A stretch of DNA of 63,635 nucleotides, counting the filler, from Octopus bimaculoides (lineage: Eukaryota): assembly GCF_001194135.2 (NCBI RefSeq). It is 6 parts of 5 records of this genome, joined end to end, with 100 filler letters (N's around TTAATTAATTAA, not from the genome) between each part and the next. Parts side by side here need not be neighbours in the genome. Positions count along the whole stretch, not along the records: positions 17,991 to 38,543 come from NC_069000.1; positions 38,644 to 58,445 come from NC_068990.1; 4 more parts are not named here. One strand, written 5' to 3'. Below are positions 34,968-48,309 of the stretch, piece after piece. The translations under genes and the position numbers were made by a program. Below the pieces are notes generated by a model. It made no database searches. It had not been told where the DNA came from and saw only the letters and a program-made list of their open reading frames with translations. How positions within the stretch are numbered: position 1 is the first letter of the stretch; each line of letters starts with the position of its first letter.

Positions 34968-35151
34968 CTGCATTATAGTTTCTGATGTAGACACAAAGGA
35001 AACTGTTAGTCAAAAAACAGCGACCCCGGTGCTCAACTGGCGCTTATTTTGTAGAACCCGAAAGGATAAAAGAGAAAGTGACTCCGGCAGCGTTTGAACT
35101 CAGAACGTAAAGTAGGTAGAAATCCTACAAAGTATTTTGCCACCTTAGTAA

Positions 35152-35215
<64 letters not shown>

Positions 35216-35384
35216 GTTGTTGTTGATGATGATGATGATGATGATGATGACGATGGTGATAATGATTTCAATTTTTGGTACAAGGCCAGCAATTTCGGGG
35301 TGGGGAACAGTCGATTACATCAACCCCAGTAAACATCTGGAATTTATTTTATCGACCTCGAAAGGATAAAAGGCAAAGTCGAGA

Positions 35385-35778
35385 GTGTAATAGAGAACGA
35401 TCAGTTTAAGGTGTTATGAGACTTTATCCTATAAACAGATAATGAACTTCAAGCTAGGCGACCAGATATTATCATACTAGACAAAAGAAAAAAAAAGAGT
35501 GCATCATTTGCATAGATATGGTTATGTCTGCAGACATGGATGTAGTTTTCAAAGAACAGAAGAAAATGGAAAAATACCAGAATTTAGCCAGGGAAACACT
35601 TAGACTGTGCAACGTTTCAACAAAAGTAATCCCGTTTTTTATAGGTATCCTGGATATCGTCACCAACAAATCTGATAATTTCCTTACTGAGATTCGTGTA
35701 ATAAAGATTGGTGATTTAATTAAAAAATCTGCTCTACTGAAGACAACAAGGATTGTAAGAAAGATCCTCGATATTTAA
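35385..35778 (+). mobile_element. R4/Dong-clade LINE RLE fragment
   Basis: RRPDIIILDK...KEQKKMEKYQNLARE...VIPFFIGILD...KSALLKTTRIVRKILDI*. Confidence 0.85.
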
Positions 35779-35903
35779 GAGAACTGGTTATGATCCAGTA
35801 ATATATATGTTAAATTCCGAATGTAACACGTTCGTGCATGTCATGAATAACAATAACAACAACAACAACAACGACGACGACGACGACGATGATAATAATG
35901 ATG

Positions 35904-35961
<58 letters not shown>

Positions 35962-35965
35962 TAAT

Positions 35966-36460
35966 AAAGTCCGTTTATTGATTGACATGAGCATACCCTG
36001 TGACCATAATATGTCCGGAAAAGAATTTGATAAACTAAGAAAATATTAAGATTTGCTCATCGAAACCGAAAAGATGTGGCAATACTAATGATTGTAGGAG
36101 CAGTTGGAATGATAAAAAAAAAAGGGAACTGAAAATTATTTAAGAATGATCCCTGACTTACCATCCATACAGGAGTGCAAAAGCTTGTCTTAACTGGTAC
36201 ATCGCACGTATTGAGAAGAGCATTGTCGCTGTGAATTTTCTTCCCCTTTCCCCCTTTATTTTCTTCGATTACTTTTTAATTTTTAATTTTTCATTTTTTA
36301 TTTTCCCTCTTTGTCTTTCTTCCCCTTTTTCTCTATCACATGACTTTGTAAATGAGCAATTTGGTGCGTTTATCTTGATGGCCTACCAATGTATGCAGTG
36401 CATTTCTCTGCCCTAGGTGTCAGGGAGACACTCCGCAAGAAATGGAAATAAAATTGAAAG
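35966..36460 (+). mobile_element. R4/Dong-clade LINE 3' fragment between (TAA)n tracts
   Basis: LLIDMSIPCDHNMSGKEFDKLRKY*DLLIETEKMW...IVGAVGMIKK, with (TAA)n at about 35900-35965 and 36461-36500. Confidence 0.85.
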
Positions 36461-36501
<41 letters not shown>

Positions 36502-36865
36502 CACCACTAGGCAGTTATACAGTTATATACAGACATCTACTGGGTAATATGAGACTTCGGTGTGAAAATATACAAGAAGTGGCTGAAACATATACAAAAT
36601 GTAGTAAAAAATACTGACCACAGTCCAAGCTAGGCAAAGAGATCGAATAAACAATTCAGTCATAATATTCAAAGACTTATCAAGAAAAAAAATATGCACG
36701 TTGATATATACCTGCACCCTTTCTCACCAAAATATTTTTCTCCCCCCCCCCCCAAAGAAGGGGGGAAACTGTCAAAGTACAAGGAGCTTGAAATTGAAAT
36801 ATTCAAGAAGAGTATGGACCTAAATGCTGTATTCTGATTTCGTATGTTTACCTTTTATTCTCCAG

Positions 36866-36912
36866 ATTATTTGTTGCATTGTTATTGACTGGCATAGCTA
36901 TCGTTCTTCAAG
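36866..36912 (+). CDS. 47-nt exon encoding a signal-peptide hydrophobic core (LFVALLLTGIAIVLQ)
   Basis: Acceptor TTTACCTTTTATTCTCCAG and consensus donor AG|GTAAGT; phase 2 to phase 1. Confidence 0.7.
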
Positions 36913-37095
36913 GTAAGTAATATTTCATTCGTCAAAACTTCAATAATTTTGTTTACATTTTTATTCTAACGCCTTATTTCCGAACTACCTGCCATGTTTT
37001 CAACGGCTGCCAAAACTCCCACAAATCACAGTCTTTAATAAGGTGATTTTCGATACCCGAAAAGAGATGTCCACGGTTCGAACACCGTTTATAAT

Positions 37096-37142
<47 letters not shown>

Positions 37143-37240
37143 CAGAGAGACAGAGAGAGAGAGACAGAGAGACGACGGGGAAAGGCGAAGGAGAAAGAAA
37201 AAAAAGGAAGTAATGATAGAAGTATTAATATGAATTTCAG

Positions 37241-37462
37241 GGTGGCGAGCTAGAAGAATCGTTAGCACGCCAGGCGAAATGCTTAGCGCTTTTTCGTCAC
37301 CCGTTATGTTCTGAGTTCAAATTCCGCCGTGGTCGATTTTACCTTTCATCCTTTCGGGATCGATTAAATGAGTACCAGTTACGCACTGGTGTCGATGTAA
37401 TCGACTTAATCCCCTGTTTGTCCCCTTCATGTTTAGCCCCTTGTGGGCAATAAAGAAATAAT
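37241..37462 (+). mobile_element. SINE family B, full length
   Basis: GGTGGCGAGCTAGAAGAATCGTTAGCACGCC...GTTCTGAGTTCAAATTCC...CTTTCATCCTTTCGGGATCGAT...TAAAGAAATA. Confidence 0.9.
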
Positions 37463-37906
37463 TAATATAAATTTAGCGAGAAACTAACATGTGAAGAGAA
37501 CATAGAGCTTCTACAGTATTTTTCTTCACAACGAGATGAAGACTAAAATTTTATTATAGTTACGATATTGTACATTATGAAAATGAGTTCAAGTACAGCA
37601 TATGGAATCAATATAGTGAAATTACTTGAAATGAAAATTGACTAAGTACAGTTACTTCTTGAAGTACTATTTGTTTTCTACAGACCTTCAAACATATTTT
37701 CAGTATAATTCATCATATTGTGTTTGTCATATGTATTGATATTTCCAAAGTCGAGAAATAACCGAATAATATAAACTATTATGAAAAAAAAATTGATTTT
37801 ATAAAATCTTTTTAAGAAACTTAATTTTTATGAAATAGCACTTATAAAACGTGTATATAATAATACATTATTTTTTCTTATTCATTCATTTCAACATGTA
37901 TTGCAG

Positions 37907-37922
37907 GTTGCCTTGTAAACAG
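37907..37922 (+). CDS. 16-nt micro-exon (G-C-L-V-N-S/R)
   Basis: Acceptor TTTTTTCTTATTCATTCATTTCAACATGTATTGCAG and consensus donor AG|GTAAGT; phase 1 to phase 2, in frame with 36866-36912. Confidence 0.65.
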
Positions 37923-39179
37923 GTAAGTCGATTTATACTAATATATTCATATGCATGATTTTGCAAGCGTCATTAAGAATTTCATATAGGAGGACATCTT
38001 GACGAAATATTTTAATTTTGCGCATGAAATGTTTACTAAAGCTTCGATGTCATACTGCTATATATTCGTATAACGGCAATATATTGTGGATACTGAAATA
38101 CAAATGACTACGTCCACTGAATTAAATAATAAAGCAGGATGGTCAGGTATATGTCATCGCAATCAATGCTGAACTTGTGACTAAATACGGTAAAAAGAGT
38201 AGATGGCCTCATAACGGTTTCATTCGTATTTATTTGAAAATGTTTGATTCTTAAAAAAAAACAAAACAAAGGGAAGCAAAAAATATGATAGGCCGACCGC
38301 GAGTCCGCTGCCCTAACCACTGGGCCATTGCGCCTCCATATATATAGCGATGCGTCCTGCCCAGCTCTTCGAAACGCCGGTGTTAAAACGGGGGTAGCTG
38401 ATGAAGAAGAATGTTCTCTATGTGGCTTGTGTGTTTTCTCGTCTACGTTTTGTTTGCAATGTCCTGTACCCAGATATGCACCTATACATACAGGTGGATG
38501 TCGGTATGCACATACCTGTACGTATATATGCATATACTCATTTNNNNNNNNNNNNNNNNNNNNNNNNNNNNNNNNNNNNNNNNNNNNTTAATTAATTAAN
38601 NNNNNNNNNNNNNNNNNNNNNNNNNNNNNNNNNNNNNNNNNNNTTCATCGTTGTCCCCACTTTTGTTTTTTTTTCTGCTTTGTTTTCGACCCCCTCGAAA
38701 AGAAAAACTCTACATTTGTATTTTGTCCCCTCTGTGTTGAGCCCTGTGTGGCTAATAAAGAAACCTATCTATATCTATCTATCTAGCTATCTATCTAGTT
38801 AGCTAGCTAGCGAGCACAGACATCTATCTGTCCATCTATGTAGCAAATACACACACAATTTTGTTGCCATAACAATCCTGTTGGACAAAATGCACTGCAG
38901 TATTTTTTTCGGTTCTTCACATTCTCAATTGAAATGGTGTCGAGATCAGTGCTTACGTATCTTTCCCTCTACACACATATATTGCCACAACCTGGATGCG
39001 CCACTGCGTAAAAGATAAGAAAACCAAGGAGATATTTATGCCTGCTTGCAATTACACGGGCACCTACAAATATCCCGAAAAACTATAACACGAACTGACT
39101 GTAAACGACTGGTATTGTCGTCGTAAACAGAAAACTACAAAACTGACAACAGCCCATACATTGTCAACATCTTATGCAG

Positions 39180-39204
39180 GCAAAGCACGGGGGCTTACTG
39201 CAAG
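39180..39204 (+). CDS. Candidate 25-nt micro-exon (QSTGAYCK)
   Basis: CTTATGCAG|...CAAG|GTAAAT; phase 2 to phase 0; moderate splice sites. Confidence 0.3.
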
Positions 39205-39305
39205 GTAAATATATAAAAAAAACACACACACACACACACATACACACGAAAAAGAAAAGCAACCAAACAAAAATCAAAGCATTATGTTGAAAATAGTTTA
39301 TGCAG

Positions 39306-39318
39306 GAATATGTAAAAG
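39306..39318 (+). CDS. Candidate 13-nt micro-exon (EYVK)
   Basis: TTTATGCAG|GAATATGTAAAAG|GTAAGA; strong donor, weak pyrimidine tract. Confidence 0.3.
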
Positions 39319-39794
39319 GTAAGAAAGAATTTGCCTTTGACAGTTCATGGCAAACAGAAAAATCGATCAGGATTTGTTTCACTTCACCTGATGGATGATA
39401 CAATGGCGTTTCTAGGAGAATAATAATGGTTTGGATGTCAGTTCTTTCTTCAATTTGGTTGTAAAATCATGNNNNNNNNNNNNNNNNNNNNNNNNNNNNN
39501 NNNNNNNNNNNNNNNNNNNNNNNNNNNNNNNNNNNNNNNNNNNNNNNNNNNNNNNNNNNNNNNNNNNNNNNNNNNNNNNNNNNNNNNNNNNNNNNNNNNN
39601 NNNNNNNNNNNNNNNNNNNNNNNNNNNNNNNNNNNNNNNNNNNNNNNNNNNNNNNNNNNNNNNNNNNNNNNNNNNNNNNNNNNNNNNNNNNNNNNNNNNN
39701 NNNNNNNNNNNNNNNNNNNNNNNNGGTAAGCAGCTTGCTTACCAACCACTTGATTTCTGGGTCAGTCCCACTGCGTGGCACCTGGAGCAAGTGT

Positions 39795-39830
<36 letters not shown>

Positions 39831-40922
39831 TATATATATATATATATGTATATACACACATATATATATATGTATATGTATATATATATATATGTATATA
39901 TATATGTATGTATATGTATATATATATGCAGTTTTAGAAACATATATTTAATCTTGGTGTCATAAGATAATAGCGAGCGCGCCTCGCTGTTCCTCGGTCA
40001 TAAGTATAGAAGTTTCTGCGAGTTGTTTGCAGAATAGTTTCACATTAAAATGAAATATTTCATATACGCATTTATTCAAAACAACGGAGTGTTTCTTCGC
40101 TTTACGTAATATACATATATGTACACACGTATAATCTCACACAGACATATCATATACTTCCGCACACGTACAAACACACACAAGCACATTCGTAATTACA
40201 GTGTTGCTCTAATCTGCCCAAAGTCATTAGTCATGTTCTGAAGTCTTTCCAATCGATTGCTCCTCTTCGTTATAAATATGTGTTGCCCGATGCCAAAGAT
40301 ATAAAATTAATGATATATCTATATTAAAGCAGATAGCAATGTTACATGTCTCTAACCTCACGATCACCTGTATTGGTAATAATCCCTCTACTTCAGGAAG
40401 TCGAAACCAATATTCGATCTGTGTGAAAGTACCGGAATTGAATCTATAAAGGGAAATCAGATGACCTATTGACAATTTCGCTGACCTTGGAGATTTCATT
40501 TTCATATAAAGTACCAAGAGCAAGTTAGCTTAGAACAATCCGATCCTTTTCCAGATGGAACATTTATACGGTTGCTCTATCTGCTAGAAATAGCAGTTGA
40601 GTTTTCCTTAAAAGGTCACATTAAGTAATGTGGTCCAGGGTCTCATGCACATAAGAAATGAAATTCGAAGAATTGAAGGGTGGAATGTCTTTGATTATAA
40701 GCTTGATCTATCAGTGCTGACCAGCGCTAAATAACAATAACGATAACAAGCTATATACACACTTCACACACATATATACATAATTGTTCGTTGCTAAATC
40801 TTTGTCCTCAGTGTAACGCACAATATCACAATGATTGAATTCTGCGCTCAAGGGTTAGCGAAAACAAACGAAACACAAGTTTAAGTATCTAACTATATAT
40901 AATTTCTTACTCCTATTTTCAG

Positions 40923-40940
40923 ATCTTTCTGAAGCCGTAC
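40923..40940 (+). CDS. Candidate 18-nt symmetric micro-exon (D-LSEAV in phase 1)
   Basis: AATTTCTTACTCCTATTTTCAG|ATCTTTCTGAAGCCGTAC|GTATGT. Confidence 0.4.
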
Positions 40941-41359
40941 GTATGTTGTCTTTTTCAAATATAAATTAACTTATTATCCACAGAGTGGGAAAATACAATG
41001 AATATATACGTCTCCCACCATCAATGTGTTGCCTTGTGCCGCCAATTTGAAAAGTTAACGCAATATGTCATGAAATCTGAGTTTAATTTCGATGCATGGT
41101 TGCTATAATTTTACGCTCCGTGTATTGGTAGAAGTTTAAAGTAAGGCATTTCATCTCCCGTCCGCTCATATATACATATATATGTATATATGTTTATATC
41201 TATATGTGTATATATGTGAAGATTTATTATTAATCACGACAGTTGTTTCGACACATCTAGCATAGATACATATATATGTATGTTTATATATGAATATATT
41301 TACATACATACACGAATATATGTATATTTATATACATACATGAATATTTATTTATATTT

Positions 41360-41396
<37 letters not shown>

Positions 41397-41400
<4 letters not shown>

Positions 41401-41560
41401 GTTGAAATTTATAGAAAAGCAAAAGACGAAGACAGATGTAGGAACTACAAGCAAGTTGTATTAGTTTGACGCTCAGGTAAAATAGAAAAGTCCTTTACGT
41501 TTTGATTCTATGCTCTTCGACAGAAAGGATAAGAGAAAATAAATAGAGAGAGAATAATAA
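41397..41560 (-). mobile_element. Penelope-like pseudo-LTR fragment with a decayed hammerhead-like motif
   Basis: Reverse-complement paralogue of 63455-63610. The minus strand reads CTTTCTGTCGAAGAGCATAGAATCAAAACGTAAAG. Confidence 0.55.
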
Positions 41561-42060
41561 AAAAAAAAAGTGTTGAGTTCAGTGGTCTGAGTGTAAATAA
41601 GAAATTTGGACATTCATATTTCTCTCTAGAATAGTATTTCAGTAAGCGAAAGTAATTAACATGAAGTAGGAATCGAAACAATACACCTCCTAAGGTCTCA
41701 TATTCTGTTTTACACAGATCCCCGGTTACATCTAAAGAATCATAAACAAGAATCGAGGAAAAGAATGTTACTTACGAATCAGAAAAAGAAATCACTTAAC
41801 ATCGAAAAAAAAAAGAAAAAAAGAAAAAACTAAAAAAAAACTGTAAGGGACCGAAAAGTACTTCAGAAAGAAATTAGAAAAGACTCGATGAGAAAATGAT
41901 ATGAAACGATAAGAATCAGCAGAAAGTCGATAGCAATCGAAAAAGAATCGATACAAATTGAAAAAATGTGTTCTCTCTTGATTAATTGCGTGTAATCGTT
42001 GGCACTACGGAGCCAGAAACTGTTCGATGTGTAACTTACTATTATTAGTACATTAATTAA

Positions 42061-42278
42061 GGCGGGGAGCTGGCAGAATCATTAGCACGCTTGACGAAAT
42101 GTTTAGCGGTATTTCTCCCGTCGCTACATTCTGAGTTCAAATTACCCCGAGGTCGACTTTGTTTTTTATCCTTTCGGGGTTGATAAATTAAGTACCAGTG
42201 AAACTCTGGGGTCGATGTAATCGACTGGTCTCCTCCCACCAAATTTCAGCCCTTGTGCCAACAGTAGAAAGGATCATT
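42061..42278 (+). mobile_element. SINE family B, full length
   Basis: Colinear with 47696-47910. Confidence 0.9.
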
Positions 42279-42489
42279 AATACATAAATTTAGGCAGTGA
42301 GCTGGTAGAGTCGTTAATGCAGCGGATTTGGTAGACGGAAACTGAAAGAAGCCCGTCGTATAGACATGTATTTATATGTGTATCTTTGTGTTTGTTTGTC
42401 CCCCACTAACGCTTGACAACCGGTGTTGTTGTGTTTACGCCCCCGTTACTTAGAGGAGACCGATTGAATAAGTACTTTTCTTTTATCCT

Positions 42490-42852
42490 TGTATTTGTTC
42501 CAGTCATTTGACTGCGGCCATACTGGAGTACCGCCTTTAGTCGAACTAATTCACCCTAGGACTTATTCTTTGTAAGCCTAGTACTTATTCTATCGGTTCC
42601 TTTTGCCGAACCACTAAGTTACGGGGACGTGAACAAACCAACATCGGTTGTCAAACACTCAGACAAACACAGACACACACACACACATATATATATATGA
42701 CAAGCTTCTTTCAGTTTCCGTCTACCAAATCCACTCACAGGACTTTGGTCGGCCCGAGGCTATAGTAGAAGACACTTGCTCAAGGTGCCACGCAGTGGGA
42801 TTGAACCCGGAACCATGCGGTTGGTAAGCAAGCTACTTACCACACAGCCACT
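42490..42852 (-). mobile_element. SINE family A, near full length
   Basis: Both the head (GTGGCTGTGTGGTAAGTAGCTTGCTTACC) and the tail (CCAGTATGGCCGCAGTCAAATGACTG) are present on the minus strand. Confidence 0.9.
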
Positions 42853-43399
42853 CTTTTGCCTAGGATAAAAAAGATAATAATTAAGCCCTAGAATCGATTC
42901 ATTGGACTAGAAGTTCTCCAAGGTGGTGCTCCAGCATGGCTGCAATCAAATAACTAAAGCAAGCAAAAAGCAAAAAAATAAAAATAAGAAACAAAACGTT
43001 ACTGAATTTTATATTTTTCCTTATAACCCGGATGTGTATTTCTTCTGAATAATTGTATGTATTTCCAAAAAACCAAAACAAAAACAAAATTTTAAAAAAA
43101 GCAATAAAGAGAAAAAGAAAGCAAAAATTTCTCCGATAAAAATCCGGAGGAAAAAGATGAATAGAAATGTCAAACTGTAACTATCAGAAAAACAAATATC
43201 TGAAGACTAAGGAATGAAATGGCTGTTTGTGGCATCAGTGATAAAGTAGAGTATTAAAGTGAAGTATTGTAATGTTTGAGAGAAGTTCTTTGAGATTAGC
43301 AATCATCTGGTAATGTTAGTTGAATGTTTAATTGCGATTATGTTGGAAATAATTAGATATATCAGTGTAGGAAGAGTAAGATTTGAAGGGAGAAACAGA

Positions 43400-43426
43400 C
43401 AGTATGACTGGGTGACGAGACGGAGG

Positions 43427-43468
<42 letters not shown>

Positions 43469-43489
43469 TAAAAAAGGATAGGGAAACAG

Positions 43490-43522
<33 letters not shown>

Positions 43523-43665
43523 AATAGAGTTGGAGAGAGAGAAAAGCAAGGGGAAAGAGGCAAAGAGAGAGAGAGGGAGAGAGAGAGATGAAGATAGAAT
43601 GACATAGAAAGAGAGGTAGAGATAGAAACGTAACGAGAGAATGATAAAAATAGATAGGGAAACAG

Positions 43666-43712
<47 letters not shown>

Positions 43713-43882
43713 CAGAGAAAGAGAGAGAGAAAAGCAAGGGAAGAGAGGCAAAGAAAGAGAGAGAGAAGGAGAGAGAGAGAGAGGAAAGAGAGAAGGAGAG
43801 AGAAAGGAGGGGAGAGAGACAGAAAAAGAGATAAAGATGGATAGGTGACGAGGGAGAGACAAAGATAGAGAGACAGAGAAAG

Positions 43883-43913
<31 letters not shown>

Positions 43914-43991
43914 CACACAGAGATAGAGAGAGGCACGGAGAGAGAGAGAAGCAAGGAGAGAGAGGCAGGGAGAGAGAGAGGGAGGAGTGAG

Positions 43992-44048
<57 letters not shown>
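43400..44048. repeat. Polypurine (GA)n/(GATA)n tract with a higher-order unit of about 190-200 bp, ending in (CA)n
   Basis: The block GATAGGGAAACAGAGAAAGATAGA(TAGA)n...GAAAAGCAAGGG..AGAGGCAAAGA recurs near 43467 and 43653, with a variant near 43870. Confidence 0.85.
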
Positions 44049-44049
<1 letters not shown>

Positions 44050-44778
44050 ATGTATGGGAATAAATTGACCAATATCTTCCAGCTGTCACGAAGTATTCAT
44101 ATTGAAATTTTGTATAATTTTCCTCTCTGTGACGTCCATCTTTTTGTTTTTGTCTCCGAATTTTAGAGCAACGAAGTCTTTCTGCTGAAAGAAGCGCGAA
44201 ACTCATAAAGATTAGATTAGCTTCATCAAATACCATTCACTTAAGTGTAACAATATCGATCAAGCATCACGCACACACACACACATACAAAACAGCCACA
44301 CCGCTCTATGTCAAACACACACCGTAGCCACCAATACCACGAGTTGAAGATCTAGCAGTGTGTAAAAACAAGACATTGGCTCATACAAATATACAAAGCG
44401 TAAAGATGGCCGACCAAAACGAGTTGAATGAGGAATTCATTGTGTGTACTTTCATTTGTCGAATATGGATGAATTCCAAAATTTTATAGGTTGAACAGAA
44501 GAAAACTGGTCTCCGAAGAAAATACAACATATCTAAATTGCAACACGGTAGCGTCTGAAACAGTTAACCACTGAATGTCAGAGTGTGGCTCTCAGTGGTT
44601 TTCTATGGTCCTGTACTCTAAGAGAGTCATAGTATGTCGGGAAGAGTAGGTCTGTCGTTTGCAATACACGAACTAATTACTATTAACGCGATCGGAGCTA
44701 ACCTAGGATAAATACAACGACAGCAACATTTACCTTTGGACAGTTTCTCTACGTATTATACAAGAGTCACATGACAGG

Positions 44779-44823
<45 letters not shown>

Positions 44824-45289
44824 TTACATACATAAATGATATATATATANNNNNNNNNNNNNNNNNNNNNNNNNNNNNNNNNNNNNNNNNNNNNNNNNNN
44901 NNNNNNNNNNNNNNNNNNNNNNNNNNNNNNNNNNNNNNNNNNNNNNNNNNNNNNNNNNNNNNNNNNNNNNNNNNNNNNNNNNNNNNNNNNNNNNNNNNNN
45001 NNNNNNNNNNNNNNNNNNNNNNNNNNNNNNNNNNNNNNNNNNNNNNNNNNNNNNNNNNNNNNNNNNNNNNNNNNNNNNNNNNNNNNNNNNNNNNNNNATA
45101 ATAAAAAGATTACACGTGTTTCATAACCAATTTTCAAATAGAAAAGAAATTTAAATTTATATATATATAAATACTATAAGTATATATATATATACACATA
45201 AACACTATATATATATATATATATATATAGTCAAAATGAAGAATAAGCTCATGTGTAGAAATTGTAAATATATGCATAATATTGGATTC

Positions 45290-45497
45290 AACTTTTGGCA
45301 GAAGGCTAGCTAGTTCAGTGGAAGCGCAAAGTCGATTACATCGATCCGAGTGTTAGACTGGTTCTCATTTTATCGACTCCGATAGGATGAAAGGCAAAGT
45401 CGACTTCAGAAGAATTTGAACTCAAAACGTAAAGACGGACGAAATGCCGGTAAGCATTTTGCGCAGCGCGCTAACGATTCTGCCATCTCGCCGCCTT
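45290..45497 (-). mobile_element. SINE family B
   Basis: GGATGAAAGGCAAAGTCGAC...GAATTTGAACTCAAAACG...CTAACGATTCTGCCATCTCGCCGCC. Confidence 0.9.
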
Positions 45498-47695
45498 AAA
45501 TACGTGTATAATATTACGACCCAGTTACAACGGGCTTTCAAGAAAGCAGGCTGGAAAACAATAATGTGTACTATTGATTCTGTTTTATATGTTGTGTACT
45601 ATTAAGAAAAGTACGTTGAAGGTTGTAAAACTGTCAGCTGTTTGATTACAAACGCTCTGAGCTGTAAGTCACTGTTACTTTTGGTTGTAAAAAACTGCTG
45701 GTTTGAAAGCGCTGTCTTTGTGTAATTACTGCTTTGCATAGTCATGTGAACTGCATCACCATTGCGCTACTGGCTGGTTGTTGGAAATGGCTCTTGTACT
45801 GCTGTTGTTGTCTCAACTAATACTACTACTGTCAAGACGATAAAAGACGACGCCCATCGATCACTGATTAGTTGAGAAGATTTGACATAATTAATTCTGC
45901 TGGAAATCAAATCCGCAGGTGTAAGTTAGACTCACTGACACGCCGAGAATATGGTTCACTCTATCAAGAGTAATTCTCCATATGTATTCTTTGCAAGGTA
46001 TCTGCATCACATTATCTAGTCTTTATACTTTTCTATAAATCCAAGAACCTCAGTATTGCCAACAGAAGTAAATATGTCTTCTCAAAGTCTTTCAGATCTT
46101 AGAATAAAAATAACAAGTCTGAGTGCTGCTTTAGTTAAGGTATTGTCGCCAGGAGCAGTGCAAGCATCAAATAGCCTAGCAGAGTTTTCTCTGTGAACCG
46201 AATATGAAATCCAGTTCTGTGTCCCGTTTGCTAAACCAATGCATCTCGAAAATGCGCGAACGTTAAATTATCCGGCTTCCCATCCCTCATAAATCTGATA
46301 CCAGGTACCAATGGAAGAAATTACCAGTTATTATGTGATGGAACTCATGAAGGACTGTAATTAAAAAAAAATTGGTTTGATTTGGAGGAAGGAACTGTAC
46401 TGAATCATGGCCTTCAGAGATTGACGTGGTTAATGTTTCTATGGAGAGATGCAAGTTGACGACTACGGAAAAAAAGGGAAAAAAGGCGAGAGGAGGAGAG
46501 ATAAGTCCACCGATAAGAGTGTATGAGTAGAGGGACCAGATCCGATGTAAGAGACCATTATAGTGCTGTGGCAAAGACTGAGTGAAGAGACAACACTACG
46601 CAAGGGAACACTTGAAAGTATAAATTGAAGACCCATAAAAGGGCATTACAATGCAGACAAATTATCTCTTGTAAAAGGACATCTTTAATTAAGTTACTGC
46701 TTTTATAGAGATTTAATTCCGTGTATTTTTTCTTCTATAATTAAATCGGATAAGGAACAACTATTCATTGTTCTGTTACTATTTGATAAGACTAAGTGAA
46801 CTAGACGAATACAAAACTCGACAAACCATTCTGTGGTGTATTTGATCCCATCATTCATGTAATCTTATGATGTTTTTGTGCCGATTTGTATATATATATG
46901 TCTCCTCTTGTCACCCTCCCTAGCTAAGTCAAAACTTATACTGTCTCCAACAGCAACTGCATTGCTGAAATAATGGACAAATGCATCTCTTCTGTCTTAA
47001 TTCAACTATCAGATCAAATAGAAAGTTTAAGATGGAGAGAAAGTGAGAAAAAGCAAGAAAGAGAGTAACAGAGAAAAACTGAGCCGTTCATTGACATACA
47101 AGTTTGTTTGTATTCGTCTAGCTCATGGTCGCTCAACCAGATAGAATGTACATCCACATATTCGTCTCAAGCAAACAAATTACGTATGTCTATATGTATG
47201 TGACTTAGGAAATTGCTATAGATACAAACGGGGAAAAATACTTTATCCTACTCCTCATACCCGAAAGAACATCAATCTTTTGTAATCACATTAGTTTTCT
47301 TTCGAGATACAGATCATCGACTTAACCTACTACACTGACAAGTGAAATTATTTGTCTTGCTCAAGTAAACAAGCCCACGACTGTAGCATAACGCGAACTC
47401 ACAGATTCATGATCAATGACGCAGCATACTTGATCTTTTCATTTCACTGTGCTCATGAATTTCTGTCCGAATTGAAACGTGATTTAATGGGATTATACAA
47501 GCTTCGTTAATCTTCTTTATTCAATCTACGAAAGGAAAGTCTTTGATAAATCGCCGCTAGAGGGCAGTAATGGTTTAAACTGATGAAATTAGAATATCTG
47601 GCATTACGAATTCTGCATTTTCAAGCTCATACATTCAGTTATCATTACAATACTGTAAAAAGATTTCTTACATAGGGATGGCGAACCAGCTCAAA

Positions 47696-47910
47696 AGGCG
47701 GCGAGCTGGCAGAAACGTTAGAAGGCCGGGCGAAATGCTTAGCGGTATTTCGTCTGTCTTTACGTTCTGAGTTCAAATTCCGCCGAGGTCGACTTTGCTT
47801 TTCATCATTTCGGGGTCGATAAATTAATTACCAGTTGCGTACTGGGGTCGATCTAATCGACTGGCTCCATCCCTCAAAATTTCGGGCCTTGTGCCTAGAG
47901 TAGAAAAGAA
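47696..47910 (+). mobile_element. SINE family B, best-preserved copy
   Basis: GGCGGCGAGCTGGCAGAAACGTTAG...GTTCTGAGTTCAAATTCCGCCGAGGTCGACTTTGC...GGGGTCGATAAATTAATTACCAG. Confidence 0.9.
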
Positions 47911-48309
47911 TCAGATCAAAAGGGGAGAGAAACCCGAGAAGTTATGTTCATGTCTCTATTGTGCAAACCTACAACGAAAAGTATCTAAGCAGTCATCAGC
48001 CAATCTTTTTGTAAGGTTAATCTATAACATCAAAGTCTATGTAATTCAGGATATCTATGACTCTTTTATTTTTATGAGACCGATGTTATGTGAAGAAGAT
48101 TCAGCAATTATTTCTGACAAGATGAGCGAATAATTTCTCAATGGATTTAAAAATGGAAATAACAATTTGATGTTCATAATCACCCCTTAAGTCGTTGGGG
48201 TGCGGCTCCTGACGCTTTTGCAGTCAGTCGTCATCGCTGGTCGCTGTTCATTGCCATGCGTAGCAGAGTCGCGGTGTTGTGACTTGTCCAGTCCTGGATG
48301 TTGTTAGAC

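Noticed and set aside
38355-38415. Permuted hammerhead (CTTC-GAAAC...GTA-G-CTGATGA-AGAAG)
   Set aside because: There is no stem I and stem III has two mismatches; it cannot fold as a monomer.
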